A stretch of 64,000 nt of DNA, taken from the IMG/VR virus record IMGVR_UViG_3300015214_000024, positions 137,787 through 201,786 of that record; one strand, 5' to 3'. Under the pieces are notes generated by a model. That model was not told where the DNA came from, made no database searches, and saw nothing but the letters and a program-made list of their open reading frames with translations. This document shows, in pieces, positions 21,082-31,998 of this stretch. A program made the translations under genes and the position numbers. The DNA comes from a virus. Taxonomy: Duplodnaviria; Heunggongvirae; Uroviricota; Caudoviricetes. How positions within the stretch are numbered: the first letter of the stretch is position 1; each line of letters begins with the position of its first letter.

Positions 21082-21135
21082 AATTAACTACTAAAATAAT
21101 AAATATCCTTGTAATTCGATTACGAGGATATTTTT

Positions 21136-21525
21136 ATGTTTGGCATTCCTTGGTCTTATGTTGGTATTTTTATTGCTTTAGTGGGAGTAATTGCGACAGG
21201 ATATTTTGCAGTTCAGCATTATAATTCAGTAGTTGCTGAAAATGTAAAGTTGGAGTCAGATTTAAAGTCTGAAAAAGCTAAGAATGAGCAGCTTCAAAAA
21301 AATTATGAAGCAATAGTTGATACCGTTAATAAAAATGACCAATCAACCCAGACTATAATTGAGCGTACTAACACGATTGAAAAGCAAATTAGGGCCGCAC
21401 CAGTTACTACAAACTGTGTCTCCAGCCCAGCTTTAACAATAGCTTTGGATAGATTGAAGGAAAATTATCAACCTACTCAAACACCAACTGACACATCTAA
21501 AACTATTCCAGCGGACTCGAAATAA
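21136..21525 (+). CDS. Putative i-spanin
   Basis: N-terminal TM helix plus coiled coil, adjacent to a lipoprotein gene. Confidence 0.7.
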   Translation: MFGIPWSYVGIFIALVGVIATGYFAVQHYNSVVAENVKLESDLKSEKAKNEQLQKNYEAIVDTVNKNDQSTQTIIERTNTIEKQIRAAPVTTNCVSSPALTIALDRLKENYQPTQTPTDTSKTIPADSK

Positions 21526-21537
21526 AGGAGAAAGAAA

Positions 21538-21804
21538 ATGAAAAAAATATTTTTTACTTTAGTTCTTTTACCGTTGGCTGGTTGCGCCGCGATGCAATCG
21601 CATCCACAGACAAGAATTACGTATCCAGATTCTCTATTCAAATGTATGGATAAGCCGGACCCAAACCTAGTTCAAACTGATAATGATTTAGGTGTTTTGA
21701 TTACTAGACAGGACGCAGTTATTGACGACTGTAAAGCTCGATTAGCCAATGTTGGTGAATTAATTAGAGCAAATCAACCAAAAGACGATAAGCAGAAAAA
21801 ATAA
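21538..21804 (+). CDS. Putative o-spanin lipoprotein
   Basis: Lipobox LAGC, Pro-rich segment, two further Cys. Confidence 0.75.
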   Translation: MKKIFFTLVLLPLAGCAAMQSHPQTRITYPDSLFKCMDKPDPNLVQTDNDLGVLITRQDAVIDDCKARLANVGELIRANQPKDDKQKK

Positions 21805-22583
21805 TGAATCCATATGAAATACTTGGCGTATCATCAAATGCGGACCAGAATGAAATAAAATCAGCTTGGAAAAAATTAGCCGTCAAATATCATCCTGACA
21901 GAAACGCTGACCCATCAGCCGTTGGCAAATTGCAAGAGATTAACCAAGCATATGAGCTGATCAAAACGCCAGAAAAAAGACAAATGTATGATCAAGGATC
22001 AAAAAATCAGCAAGGATTTGCTGGTTTTGATAATTCAGATTTCATATATCAACATTTTGCAGATATCTTCAAAAGAGCCCAAGCTACTAAATCATTCAAT
22101 ATAAATGTCGAAGTTACCATTGACGAAGTAGCTACTGGAAAAAGAATATCAAATACTATCAATTTGGATGGTGAAGAAATTGAATTAGATTTTGCCATAC
22201 CAGCAGGTGTGCCAGATGGGGCTAGATTCAATGTTAAACAGCTTAAATCCAAAATGGGCTTCGATGTCACAATTAGCGTGACAGTCATAACTCGGCAGGA
22301 AATGACAAGACAACGCCACGGAAATGATGTATTAATATTACAAAATATATCTGCCTTTGATGCTATCTTGGGCACTGAAGTAGAAATTGAGCCAATTTCT
22401 GGTCATAAACTCAAACTTAAGATTCCAAAAGGAACCCAACCAGATACTAAATTAATTATGCGCGGCGCCGGCCTTCCAGTTTTTAATAGTGACAGAAAAG
22501 GTAATGTGGTCGCAATAATTAAAATATCAATCCCGACCGATTTAGATGAAAATCAGCTTGATCTTTTGGACAAAATGCGTTAA
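21804..22583 (+). CDS. DnaJ/CbpA-type co-chaperone
   Basis: J domain YHPDRN; C-terminal DnaJ_C (IPKGTQPD, GAGLP). Confidence 0.92.
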   Translation: MNPYEILGVSSNADQNEIKSAWKKLAVKYHPDRNADPSAVGKLQEINQAYELIKTPEKRQMYDQGSKNQQGFAGFDNSDFIYQHFADIFKRAQATKSFNINVEVTIDEVATGKRISNTINLDGEEIELDFAIPAGVPDGARFNVKQLKSKMGFDVTISVTVITRQEMTRQRHGNDVLILQNISAFDAILGTEVEIEPISGHKLKLKIPKGTQPDTKLIMRGAGLPVFNSDRKGNVVAIIKISIPTDLDENQLDLLDKMR

Positions 22584-22591
22584 AAGAACTG

Positions 22592-23080
22592 ATGAAGCTT
22601 TTAAATGAGAATGATCCTTTTTTAAAGATTCCAGTGGATGAATTAGACGTGTCTAATTTACCTAATGATTTCAGTGACATTGTTTCTGAAATGTGTCACA
22701 CTATGATAGAGAATGCCGCTATAGGATTAGCAGCAAATCAAGTAGGAATTCCTTGGAGAGTTTTTGTTATACAAACCATATCTGGAATTCAAGTTTGTAT
22801 AAATCCTAAAATAATTGAAAGTTCTAATGTATTGCCAAATCCAGAAGGCTGTTTAAGTTTTCCTGGACTAAAATTAATAGTACATCGTCCTAACATAATC
22901 AAAGTTGAATATTTTGATTCTAACTTAAATCGCGTAACTGATATGTTATATGGCATTGACGCAGTGTGCTTTTGTCACGAATTAGACCATCTAGATGGGA
23001 TCACGTTTGACCAACGTGTTTCAAAATTCCAATTCAAAAATGCTTTGAAAAAAAGAAAATCCAAAACCGTAATTGACTAA
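22592..23080 (+). CDS. def: Peptide deformylase
   Basis: GLAANQVG, EGCLSFP, HELDHLDG. Confidence 0.95.
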   Translation: MKLLNENDPFLKIPVDELDVSNLPNDFSDIVSEMCHTMIENAAIGLAANQVGIPWRVFVIQTISGIQVCINPKIIESSNVLPNPEGCLSFPGLKLIVHRPNIIKVEYFDSNLNRVTDMLYGIDAVCFCHELDHLDGITFDQRVSKFQFKNALKKRKSKTVID

Positions 23081-23135
23081 CCATTCAAACTCATATACTA
23101 TTGAGATAGTTTAAAAATGAAGGGACTTATACCTA

Positions 23136-25457
23136 ATGTCTGAACACAACCAGCCAGTTTTGCAAAATTTAATCAAGGTTGCATTTGAGCTTGCTCGAAC
23201 GAATAAAGACGAATATGTAACAGTTGACCATTTGGCTATTGCCGTTTTGGAAAATGAAACTATTACAAAAGTTATGGAAAGGTTGAATGTCAAAACATCT
23301 GACATTATCGAGGCAATTCAAACACATTGGTCTAATAGCAAGTTGGTTGCAGAATATCGTGAAACTAACCAACCAATCCCAAATCCTACCCCTACTCGAA
23401 ATTTTGACTTGGTAGTCCAGCGAGCCGTGCAGCAGGCAACAATGGCAGATCGCCGAATTGTTGAAGTACACCACGTAATGGCATCTATCCTTCAGGAAAG
23501 TGCTGAAAAGAGTCTAGTTGTTCACGTTTTGGAATCAAATAATATCGATCGAACTGCATTCCTTAATGCCCTGAAGCGCGATGTTGATAAGACTAAGAGT
23601 TATGTTGATCCGGCAACCGGTGCTGTGAAGTCACAAAATAGTTCAGCATTGGCCCAATATGCTGTTAATTTCAACCAGAGAGCCAAGGATGGAAAAATTG
23701 ATCCATTGATTGGTCGAAAGTATGAAATTGAACGTACTATTCAGATCCTCCAGCGCCGCCGCAAGAACAACGTAGTGTATGTTGGTGATGCAGGTACTGG
23801 TAAGACTGTTTTGGCAGAAGGCCTTGCGTTGAAAATCGTCAATGGCGAAGTACCAGAAAAGATCAAATCTGCGGTAATTTATGCGCTTGATATGGGTGCA
23901 TTGATGGCTGGTACCAAATATCGTGGTGATATGGAAGAGCGTCTCAAGGATATTCTCAAGGAACTCAATGAGATTCGTGAAGAAGAAGGCATTCAGCCAA
24001 TCCTGTTTATTGACGAAATTCACACTATTATCGGCGCTGGCCAGGTATCTGGCGGATCAATGGATGTTAGTAATTTGCTCAAGCCTGCTCTGGCGCGCGG
24101 CGAATTGTCTTGTATTGGTTCGACCACTTATGAAGAATATGAAAAGCATTTTGCAAAGGATGTGGCTCTTCGTCGGCGCTTCCAGAAACTTGATGTCAGC
24201 GAACCTTCAATCCAGGAAACTATTGAAATCCTGAACGGGCTGAAAGATTCTTATGAGAAGCATCACGGCGTTACATATACGGATGCAGCAATCCGTGCCG
24301 CAGCAACTTTAAGTGCAAAATATCAAATTGCCCAGCGCTTGCCCGATAAGGCTATTGACTTGATTGACGAATCTGGTGCTCGACTGGCACTGGTGGACGA
24401 CGATCAGTCAAAGGTTGTGGATGAACCACTTATTCGTGAAATCTTATCAGCAATTACTGGTGTTCCTATCAAGGAAACTGATGAAGATGAAGCTGATAAG
24501 CTTCAGAATTTGTCATCCGATATTAAAACGATGGTTTATGGTCAGGATACCGCAGTTGACAGACTTGTGAGATCGATTATGATATCAAGAGCAGGTCTGC
24601 GTGAAGAAGATAAGACTTCTGGATCTTATGTCTTTACTGGCCCAACTGGTACTGGTAAGACTGAAGTCTGCAAGCAATTGGCTAAAATTCTTGGCATCCC
24701 ATTCGTCAAATTTGATATGAGTGAGTATATGGAAAAGCATTCAGTCTCGCAATTGATTGGTGCTCCTCCAGGATACGTTGGCCACGATGATGGTCAGGGC
24801 AAGCTCATTGAAGCAATTGATCGAAATCCACACTGTGTATTGTTGCTTGATGAAATTGAAAAGGCTCATCCAGATCTCTACAATATTTTGCTACAGATTA
24901 TGGATGGCGCCCGCCTGACCAGCACGAAGGGCAAAACAGTAGACTTCAAGAATGTTATCTTGATTATGACTACAAATGCTGGTTCAGCTGCTTCTGAAAA
25001 GCACGGCTTCGGGTTTGGATCTGCCGAATCTAAAGGCCAGGAAGAGATTGATGAAGCAACCAAGAAGCTGTTTACGCCAGAATTACGTAACCGACTTGAT
25101 GGTATTATCCCATTCAGCAAGCTTACACCAGATGTCATTACATCAATTGTTGGCAAGTTTATTTCACAGCTTCAGCTTATGCTTGATACTAAGAACATTG
25201 TCATCAAACTTTCTGATGCAGCGTTAGCTAAATTGGCTAAGGATGGTTATGATGACAAGATGGGTGCTCGACCAATGGCCCGCTTGATTGATGAAGTGAT
25301 TAAAACTCCGCTGGCTCCAGAAATCCTATTCGGATCGTTGAAGAAGGGTGGACACGTTGATGTTGATGTGCTTGACGGTGAATTTAAACTTACATTCACT
25401 GCACCAACTTCAGAAACTGAAGTGCTTCTACTCACCAATGAACAACAAATAGATTGA
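23136..25457 (+). CDS. clpA: ATP-dependent Clp protease ATP-binding subunit ClpA
   Basis: Two AAA+ modules ([14 protein letters not shown]; [17 protein letters not shown]), GAPPGYVG, no middle coiled coil. Confidence 0.92.
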   Translation: MSEHNQPVLQNLIKVAFELARTNKDEYVTVDHLAIAVLENETITKVMERLNVKTSDIIEAIQTHWSNSKLVAEYRETNQPIPNPTPTRNFDLVVQRAVQQATMADRRIVEVHHVMASILQESAEKSLVVHVLESNNIDRTAFLNALKRDVDKTKSYVDPATGAVKSQNSSALAQYAVNFNQRAKDGKIDPLIGRKYEIERTIQILQRRRKNNVVYVGDAGTGKTVLAEGLALKIVNGEVPEKIKSAVIYALDMGALMAGTKYRGDMEERLKDILKELNEIREEEGIQPILFIDEIHTIIGAGQVSGGSMDVSNLLKPALARGELSCIGSTTYEEYEKHFAKDVALRRRFQKLDVSEPSIQETIEILNGLKDSYEKHHGVTYTDAAIRAAATLSAKYQIAQRLPDKAIDLIDESGARLALVDDDQSKVVDEPLIREILSAITGVPIKETDEDEADKLQNLSSDIKTMVYGQDTAVDRLVRSIMISRAGLREEDKTSGSYVFTGPTGTGKTEVCKQLAKILGIPFVKFDMSEYMEKHSVSQLIGAPPGYVGHDDGQGKLIEAIDRNPHCVLLLDEIEKAHPDLYNILLQIMDGARLTSTKGKTVDFKNVILIMTTNAGSAASEKHGFGFGSAESKGQEEIDEATKKLFTPELRNRLDGIIPFSKLTPDVITSIVGKFISQLQLMLDTKNIVIKLSDAALAKLAKDGYDDKMGARPMARLIDEVIKTPLAPEILFGSLKKGGHVDVDVLDGEFKLTFTAPTSETEVLLLTNEQQID

Positions 25458-25491
25458 TGGTGTTGACACAGTTTAGCTTTTTTGTTAAAAG

Positions 25492-25926
25492 ATGAATATG
25501 GAAAACGAAATGGAGAAGAACGTGACGAGCGAATATGAAATTGGCATTAACGATTCCAATGTTCAGATTATGAAGTCTGGCTATCGGGAATATCTTACGC
25601 CAAAGACAAAAAAGCCAATTTACCAGATTGGTATCATCGCTAAGATTGTAACTTCTTCACGTCGTTATGGTCGCGCGCAGGATTTGTATGTTAGCTTTTG
25701 GGCCACCCTTGGCCCAAATAGCGACAATTTGGTTTTTGAAAAGGTAGGAATTCCTTCCTACAAGGCAAATTCAAAGATGAAATCCTTCAGCAAGAAGTTT
25801 CCAAAGGAAAATATTGGTGAACTTGTTGCTTTGCGTGGAGTGGATATTAATGAATATTTCAGTGCTTATCATTCATATTTGATTATCACTGATTGGTATT
25901 CGGAACAGACGGAGAAACTTTACTAA
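25492..25926 (+). CDS. Hypothetical protein
   Basis: ORF downstream of a TTGACA promoter. Confidence 0.55.
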   Translation: MNMENEMEKNVTSEYEIGINDSNVQIMKSGYREYLTPKTKKPIYQIGIIAKIVTSSRRYGRAQDLYVSFWATLGPNSDNLVFEKVGIPSYKANSKMKSFSKKFPKENIGELVALRGVDINEYFSAYHSYLIITDWYSEQTEKLY

Positions 25927-26411
25927 TGCCGCAGTTTTATATGTTGGTTGGCGCCCCAGGTTCTGGTAAGTCAACTTGGACCAGGAATTTTCTTGCTAAA
26001 ACTGATGATGATTACGTAGTAATTTCGTCAGACGACATTATTGTGGAATGGGGAAAGCTTCTCGATCCGAATATGACATATACTGATGCATTCCGTAAGG
26101 TGGATATGAAAAAAGTTCAAGCTGAACTTAATTCCCGCCTTATGGCTGCAATTGCTGATATGAAAAATATCATTTGGGATCAGACTAATTTGACGGCCAA
26201 ATCTCGTCGAGGTCGAGTTTCACGTATTCCTAAAATTTATCGAAAGACTTGTGTTGTGTTTAATATTGAACACGACGAGTTGTTTCGTCGACTTGAAAAG
26301 CGAGCTAAGGAAGAAGGTAAGTTCATCCCTAAAAAAGTTATTGATGATATGATCAAAACTTTTGAGCCGCCTGTTGAAAGCGAAGGATTTGATAAAATCA
26401 TTCAGGTATGA
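25926..26411 (+). CDS. P-loop kinase (AAA_33, polynucleotide kinase-like)
   Basis: GAPGSGKSTW, ISSDD, WDQTN..R, R...R lid. Confidence 0.85.
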   Translation: MPQFYMLVGAPGSGKSTWTRNFLAKTDDDYVVISSDDIIVEWGKLLDPNMTYTDAFRKVDMKKVQAELNSRLMAAIADMKNIIWDQTNLTAKSRRGRVSRIPKIYRKTCVVFNIEHDELFRRLEKRAKEEGKFIPKKVIDDMIKTFEPPVESEGFDKIIQV

Positions 26412-26698
26412 ATAAGGTTCAAGTAAAAAAAGATTCGTATAGCCTATATCTCAAAGTTGATCAAAAAGTATATAGGCCTATACAAACAGACGAAACTATA
26501 GAAAAATTTGGACACATATTGCCGGCGATAACATTAACTCGATTTCGTGAAGGTAAATATGTTATTGTAAGAGAATTAAGTGATGGCGTAGCTTCTGTTA
26601 GATTGGAAGGTAGCCAGAATAAGGAAAAGTGGTATTTTCATGGCGAAGGAAGAAGCACAAAACAGTGGAAGCCTTGTAGAAGAGAATTTGGCTCTTAA
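26408..26698 (+). CDS. Hypothetical protein
   Basis: ATGA overlap with the upstream gene. Confidence 0.5.
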   Translation: MNKVQVKKDSYSLYLKVDQKVYRPIQTDETIEKFGHILPAITLTRFREGKYVIVRELSDGVASVRLEGSQNKEKWYFHGEGRSTKQWKPCRREFGS

Positions 26699-26999
26699 GG
26701 AATCATTGTATAAAACTATCGCTGTCCTTGAGGACTGCCGTAAATTTATGGCAGTCTCTCGTCACTCTCTGAACACTAATGTTGAAATTTCTGAAGCACT
26801 GTTATCATTTATGATAGCAAGACTTGATCCTATTTTAAATAACCTTTATAGCAATACGCCTGATTATGCTTTTGTTAATGCAGTATTGGCAAAGCTTCAA
26901 AATCCAAATAACTATGACGACAGTGTTATCGATTTCGTTGAAATATTTGATGAAAATGGTAACTTAATAGCGTCATCTTTAGATGAAAGTCCCGAATAA
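26640..26999 (+). CDS. Hypothetical protein
   Basis: ORF in operon. Confidence 0.5.
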   Translation: MAKEEAQNSGSLVEENLALKESLYKTIAVLEDCRKFMAVSRHSLNTNVEISEALLSFMIARLDPILNNLYSNTPDYAFVNAVLAKLQNPNNYDDSVIDFVEIFDENGNLIASSLDESPE

Positions 27000-27718
27000 T
27001 GGCATTTAATTTTGCTCAAATTAAAGAATCATTAGCAAATGGTGATCATAATAGAAGTATAAAAGAACAAGCTTGGATTAAGCTTTTCGGTGACCGAAAA
27101 GCTTTTCAGTCATCAATAATGTCACCCAAGCCCAAAATCCCAAATTCTTGGCTTCCAGAGCAATATTTGGAATACCATAAAGAATATGGATTAACCAAAC
27201 TTCGAGCATTAGATGATTGGGCAAATCCAGATGATGCATATAAACATTATAAGGCAAGATTGACTTCATCATATGGTGCCTCAAATAATGATTCTCCTGA
27301 TGAGGACCAATTAGGACTAATAAATTATGTCGATTTTTGTAATGATATCAATCGTCTAACAAACGAGATGAAAGATGATATGATTGATTTTGGCGTACCA
27401 GCATTGCAAGCATATATTGGTGCCTATACTACAATGTTTTTTGTGTTAAAAAGATTTAGAAAACAGTTTTATTCAACTCTTTACACATTTGAAGAGAATG
27501 TTGAAAATACGATCTATCAAAAATCACCATTGCGTCATTTGTTACTATTTCTAATCGAACGACGTTTGAATAGGCTAATACCAGATTCTAATACATTCAA
27601 GTTTGGTAAGGAATATTTTCAAACATTTGAATATCGAAAAGAATCTGGTGATGCGATTTATGATTATTTGATTGATAATTACACATCTGATATGATTGCT
27701 TGTAAATTTTTGTTCTAA
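26999..27718 (+). CDS. Hypothetical protein
   Basis: TAATG overlap with the upstream gene. Confidence 0.55.
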   Translation: MAFNFAQIKESLANGDHNRSIKEQAWIKLFGDRKAFQSSIMSPKPKIPNSWLPEQYLEYHKEYGLTKLRALDDWANPDDAYKHYKARLTSSYGASNNDSPDEDQLGLINYVDFCNDINRLTNEMKDDMIDFGVPALQAYIGAYTTMFFVLKRFRKQFYSTLYTFEENVENTIYQKSPLRHLLLFLIERRLNRLIPDSNTFKFGKEYFQTFEYRKESGDAIYDYLIDNYTSDMIACKFLF

Positions 27719-27725
27719 GAATTAT

Positions 27726-27800
27726 TCCGATTTGGTCCAGGTGGATGGGCACAGGATTCTAAACCCTAGGAGACCGGTTCGATCCCGGTAATCGGAGCCA
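27726..27800 (+). tRNA. Amber suppressor-type tRNA (anticodon CTA)
   Basis: TCCGATT/AATCGGA-G-CCA acceptor, loop TTCTAAA, ACCGG-TTCGATC-CCGGT T arm; anticodon stem has 2 mismatches. Confidence 0.75.
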
Positions 27801-27898
27801 AAGGCATTTACTGATTGACTTTTCGGTCTTGAAAGTGTAAATAGATATGAATAGCAGCAGATGCTATCAATTCAAAATATACAAGGGAGTCTTGTAAT

Positions 27899-29047
27899 AT
27901 GACATACAAAAAAATTATCGATTTCGAATTCCTTCCTGACGACATTGAAGACCTGTATAATGGCAAAGTCCACGATGGCCAGTATGATGTGCTGGTATTC
28001 ATTGGGCGATTTTCTCCTTTTCACAAAGGTCACAAGGCAGTCGTCGATGTGGCCCTCAAGAAGGCTAAGAAGGTTATTATCCTGGTTGGATCATCCTTCC
28101 GTTCGCGCACTGAACGTAACCCATTTAATTTCCAAGAACGCCAAAAAATGATCAATGCTTCGTTCACTGATCAAGAAAATGAAAAAATTGTGATTCTCCC
28201 TATTCGCGATATGACTTATCGTGACCATAAATGGATTTCACAAGTTCAGGAAGCTGTTAAGGAAGAAATCCTCAACACTGCAAATGAAGGAACTGGATCG
28301 TTTCGTCCTAACGGAACCCAGGATGTTAAAGTTGGGCTCATCGGCTGTGAAAAAGATCACACTTCATATTATCTAAAGAAATTCCCAATGTGGGGCTCGG
28401 TTGGCGTCAAGTTCGTCAACCCACTCAATGCTACTGACATCCGTCGAGCATATTTTGCAGGCGGTGAAGCTTGGGCTAATGTGAAAATTCTCCAGCATCT
28501 ACCTGATGGGGTTGTTAATTTTCTCGACCATTTTGCTCACAGTTTTGATTATGAATATGTTCAAAATGAAATGGCCTTTAATCGAAAAAATAAAGCGGCC
28601 TGGGCAAACGCACCGTATGCACCAACATTTAATGCTGCTGATAGTGTTATCATCCAGAGTGGTCATATTTTGCTCGTTACTCGTCGTAGCCACCCAGGCA
28701 AGGGACTGTTGGCTCTTCCAGGCGGATATTTGAATCAAGAAGAAACTTTGCTTGATTGTGCGCTTCGCGAGCTTCGAGAAGAAACCAAGATCAAGGTTCC
28801 GGAAAAGGTTCTTCGTGGTAGTATGGTTTATGATCGAAATTTCGATGATCCTTATCGTTCAGATCGAGGTCGGATGATCACGCAGGCATTTTTGTTTCAA
28901 CTTGAAGATATGGATGAACTTCCAAAAGTCAAAGGATCTGATGATGCTGAAAAGGCAAAGTGGTATCCAATTGCGTTCCTTAATGAGGAAGACTTCTTTG
29001 AAGATCATTACCACATCATCCAAGTTATGTTGGGGCATATGAAATGA
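27899..29047 (+). CDS. Bifunctional NMN adenylyltransferase/Nudix hydrolase (NadM-Nudix)
   Basis: FIGRFSPFHKGH, RNPF, NATDIR, LALPGGY..RELREET, DDAEKAKW, FEDH. Confidence 0.93.
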   Translation: MTYKKIIDFEFLPDDIEDLYNGKVHDGQYDVLVFIGRFSPFHKGHKAVVDVALKKAKKVIILVGSSFRSRTERNPFNFQERQKMINASFTDQENEKIVILPIRDMTYRDHKWISQVQEAVKEEILNTANEGTGSFRPNGTQDVKVGLIGCEKDHTSYYLKKFPMWGSVGVKFVNPLNATDIRRAYFAGGEAWANVKILQHLPDGVVNFLDHFAHSFDYEYVQNEMAFNRKNKAAWANAPYAPTFNAADSVIIQSGHILLVTRRSHPGKGLLALPGGYLNQEETLLDCALRELREETKIKVPEKVLRGSMVYDRNFDDPYRSDRGRMITQAFLFQLEDMDELPKVKGSDDAEKAKWYPIAFLNEEDFFEDHYHIIQVMLGHMK

Positions 29048-29418
29048 GGGATTATAAAGTAAATTCAGAAATGACTTGGTGCCTTTGGTTGGATGAACAT
29101 TCAGAGCCACCACTTAATACTCCAATTTGGATGCTATGTGAAGAGGATACTTGTGATCCGACCCTATATCCATCTATTTTTCGAGTAATGATACACGAAT
29201 ATGACGATACTAGCGGAATGACACTGCGCTCGATTGAAAAGGGTAAAATGTGGAAGTTTCGCTTATTGGATTTTGATCCAGAGCACGAAGATGAGTTCTT
29301 AAATCCAAATATGTGGACGTTTATCGCTTGGCGCGAAATGACAGATCACGCCGGAACGTATGATAACTTTATGAAAGAACATAACAGAGAATTTCATCAA
29401 AATTGGAGTATTGATTGA
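29044..29418 (+). CDS. Hypothetical protein
   Basis: ATGA overlap with the upstream gene. Confidence 0.55.
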   Translation: MRDYKVNSEMTWCLWLDEHSEPPLNTPIWMLCEEDTCDPTLYPSIFRVMIHEYDDTSGMTLRSIEKGKMWKFRLLDFDPEHEDEFLNPNMWTFIAWREMTDHAGTYDNFMKEHNREFHQNWSID

Positions 29419-29762
29419 TGGATATTTTACAGCAAATTTTTGAAGTAGTTAATAAGCGTCAACCGCTTTACCAAGAGCGTTACACGCACCGCCGAGTAAC
29501 TAAGCTTAGTGAAGAAACTGGCGAGGTTAGTGAAGCGTTTCTTAGTGTAACGAGTGAGTCAAATGGTAAAAATAAAACCTTCGAGGACGTTCGTGAAGAA
29601 GCAGTGGACTCTGCAATTGTGGCACTTGATATTGCTCTTACTAAATTCCCAGGCGAAGAAGATTGGGATGATGAGCAGCTTTATACAGCAGTTGAAGATA
29701 TGATTGCTAAAAAGCTTAAAAAATGGAAGAAAAAACTGAAAGATAAAACCGATATTATGTAA
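29415..29762 (+). CDS. MazG-like nucleotide pyrophosphohydrolase
   Basis: KLSEETGEVSEA..EEAVD motif. Confidence 0.8.
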   Translation: MMDILQQIFEVVNKRQPLYQERYTHRRVTKLSEETGEVSEAFLSVTSESNGKNKTFEDVREEAVDSAIVALDIALTKFPGEEDWDDEQLYTAVEDMIAKKLKKWKKKLKDKTDIM

Positions 29763-29857
29763 TATCGGTTGACTTCTCTCAACCAACATAGTATATATGA
29801 CAACATAAGGCAGCTAAAAAGATTAGCAGCTAAAATATTGATAAGGAGTTTATCAAA

Positions 29858-31309
29858 ATGAATATTAAAGATTATTTTGCACCTAAGAGCACTGACGTTG
29901 AATACGTCCAGGAAGATCAGCTCAAAATTTCCCTCATTTGCCGAATTGATAGTTACAAATTCAGTCACCCGTTTGCTTACCCTAAAGGTATTCAGGCAAT
30001 GACTTCATATGGTGAAGCCCGAATTAAGGGTTCTGAAATTGTTGTTCCTTTTGGTATGCAGCTTCTTGTCAAGCGCTACCTTAGCGAAACTATTACTGCT
30101 GAAGATGTTGAAGCAGCCGAAGCTTTCGCACTCGCACACTTTGGACGCCCACTCTTCCATAAAGAAGGTTGGATGAAGGTTGTTAATGTTTACAATGGTA
30201 AACTTCCCCTTATTATTCGAGCAGTCAAGGAAGGCACTGTAATGCACGGTAGCCAGCCCATCTACACTGTCACGGTGTTTGATGAAGATCTTTACTGGAT
30301 GAGTGCTGGTTTTGAAACTATGATCCAGCGCGGCATTTGGTATCCTACTACTATTGCTACTTTTGATTATGTCACTAAGCAAGAAATCATCAAGCGATAC
30401 AAAGCAACTGGTGCAAATCTTGACTTAGTACCGTTTGCACTTCACGACTTCGGTGGCCGCGGTGTTTCGAGTGGTGAAACTGCTGAAATCGGCGGCGCTG
30501 CCCACTTGGTTAATTTTATGGGCTCGGACACAGTTGAAGGTATTCTTACTGCCAATTTCTACTACAAATGCGATATGGCCGGCTTCTCGGTTTATGCAAC
30601 TGAGCATAGCATTCAGTGTTCGTTTGGCCCAACTCGAGATAATGCAATTGATTATCTTCGCACACAGATCCGCAATGCAACTCCTGGCTCAATTTTCAGC
30701 GTTGTTATTGATGGATATGATGTCTTCCGAGAAGCTGAAATCCTTTGCACTGAATTGAAGGACGAAATCATCGCATCAGGAGCCAAGGTTGTGTTCCGCC
30801 CAGATAGTGGTGATATGATGGAGATTGTTCCTGCACTTCTCAAAATGCAGGAAGACCATTTTGGTGTTACGCTCACCGAAACTGGACACAAGCGTATTAA
30901 TTACGTTGGTATGATTCAAGGTGATGGTATCTCACATACTACACTTATTGAGCTCCTTGATAAGGTAATTGAGCTTGGCTACAGCGCCGACGTTATTATA
31001 TTCGGTTCAGGTGGAGCATTGCTCCAAAAAGTTAACCGTGATACACTCAAGTTTGCACAAAAGGCTTGTTCAATTCTTATTGACGGCGAATGGAAAGGTA
31101 TTGCTAAGGATCCTATCACTGATCAGGGTAAGAAGTCAAAAGAAGGTATTTTGACCCTCGCCCGCAACCTTGCCACTGGAGAACTCGAAACCCTCCGCAT
31201 TGATGATGGTTTCCCTGAAGGTTACGAGGACGCGCATTTCCTTGTTTACTACCTCGGTAAGCTCTTTAATGAAATCACACTTGCAGAAGTTCGTGAAAAC
31301 GCTGCATAA
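29858..31309 (+). CDS. Nicotinamide phosphoribosyltransferase (Nampt/NadV)
   Basis: DSYKFSH, WYPTT.AT, LHDFGGRG, ATEHS, RPDSGD, QGDG, FGSGGALLQ..NRD. Confidence 0.95.
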   Translation: MNIKDYFAPKSTDVEYVQEDQLKISLICRIDSYKFSHPFAYPKGIQAMTSYGEARIKGSEIVVPFGMQLLVKRYLSETITAEDVEAAEAFALAHFGRPLFHKEGWMKVVNVYNGKLPLIIRAVKEGTVMHGSQPIYTVTVFDEDLYWMSAGFETMIQRGIWYPTTIATFDYVTKQEIIKRYKATGANLDLVPFALHDFGGRGVSSGETAEIGGAAHLVNFMGSDTVEGILTANFYYKCDMAGFSVYATEHSIQCSFGPTRDNAIDYLRTQIRNATPGSIFSVVIDGYDVFREAEILCTELKDEIIASGAKVVFRPDSGDMMEIVPALLKMQEDHFGVTLTETGHKRINYVGMIQGDGISHTTLIELLDKVIELGYSADVIIFGSGGALLQKVNRDTLKFAQKACSILIDGEWKGIAKDPITDQGKKSKEGILTLARNLATGELETLRIDDGFPEGYEDAHFLVYYLGKLFNEITLAEVRENAA

Positions 31310-31327
31310 TATGAAATAAACGGTGAA

Positions 31328-31353
31328 ATGAAAGCGACCTTTGGTCGCTTTCA
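31328..31353 (+). terminator. Hairpin terminator after Nampt
   Basis: ATGAAAGCGACC-ttt-GGTCGCTTTCAT. Confidence 0.75.
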
Positions 31354-31405
31354 TCATTTCTATAATAAATATAACATAATAAAGATATCTTTAGGACCTT
31401 TGAAT

Positions 31406-31936
31406 ATGCTTCAATATAATGTAACAATTACTGGCGCTGTGGATCCAGATCGTGACGAAAAGTTAGCTGGAACATTAGGTATGCCAACAACATATGCTGG
31501 ATCAAAAGATATTGCCCGCTCTAATATGCGCTTTCACGCAATTATCGATCAACTTGGTTATTGGGGTCCAGTATTTAAAATTACAGACATAGTAGTTACT
31601 GGTCGAACTCAAAACTCAGCCGCTACATCAATCTCCTTTTCATTAGAATATTATCGTGACCGTCCTTCATATTTGAAGATTGAAGACTCATCAAATCCAG
31701 GCACCTATCTTGAAGGTGCTGATGCCGTGAAGCGTATGATAGCTTTAGCAATTTCCAAAGACTACAACCAAAATTATTCATTCTGGGATCCAACAGTTAG
31801 AGTTACACGCACCAACACTAACACAACTAGTGAAACAACCCCACCGCGCGGATGGGCATACGAACAAGTAGATGCTACTAAACTTTATGCAAATATTGCA
31901 GCAGCGGAAGCGGCTATCACGGTTACTGAAAATTAA
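31406..31936 (+). CDS. Hypothetical late protein, possibly virion-associated
   Basis: ORF downstream of ATAAATA motif. Confidence 0.55.
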   Translation: MLQYNVTITGAVDPDRDEKLAGTLGMPTTYAGSKDIARSNMRFHAIIDQLGYWGPVFKITDIVVTGRTQNSAATSISFSLEYYRDRPSYLKIEDSSNPGTYLEGADAVKRMIALAISKDYNQNYSFWDPTVRVTRTNTNTTSETTPPRGWAYEQVDATKLYANIAAAEAAITVTEN

Positions 31937-31998
31937 AAATTGACATAAAACTCTCCTTAGCATAATATCCTGGTATAACCCAATACCAGGATATTTTA

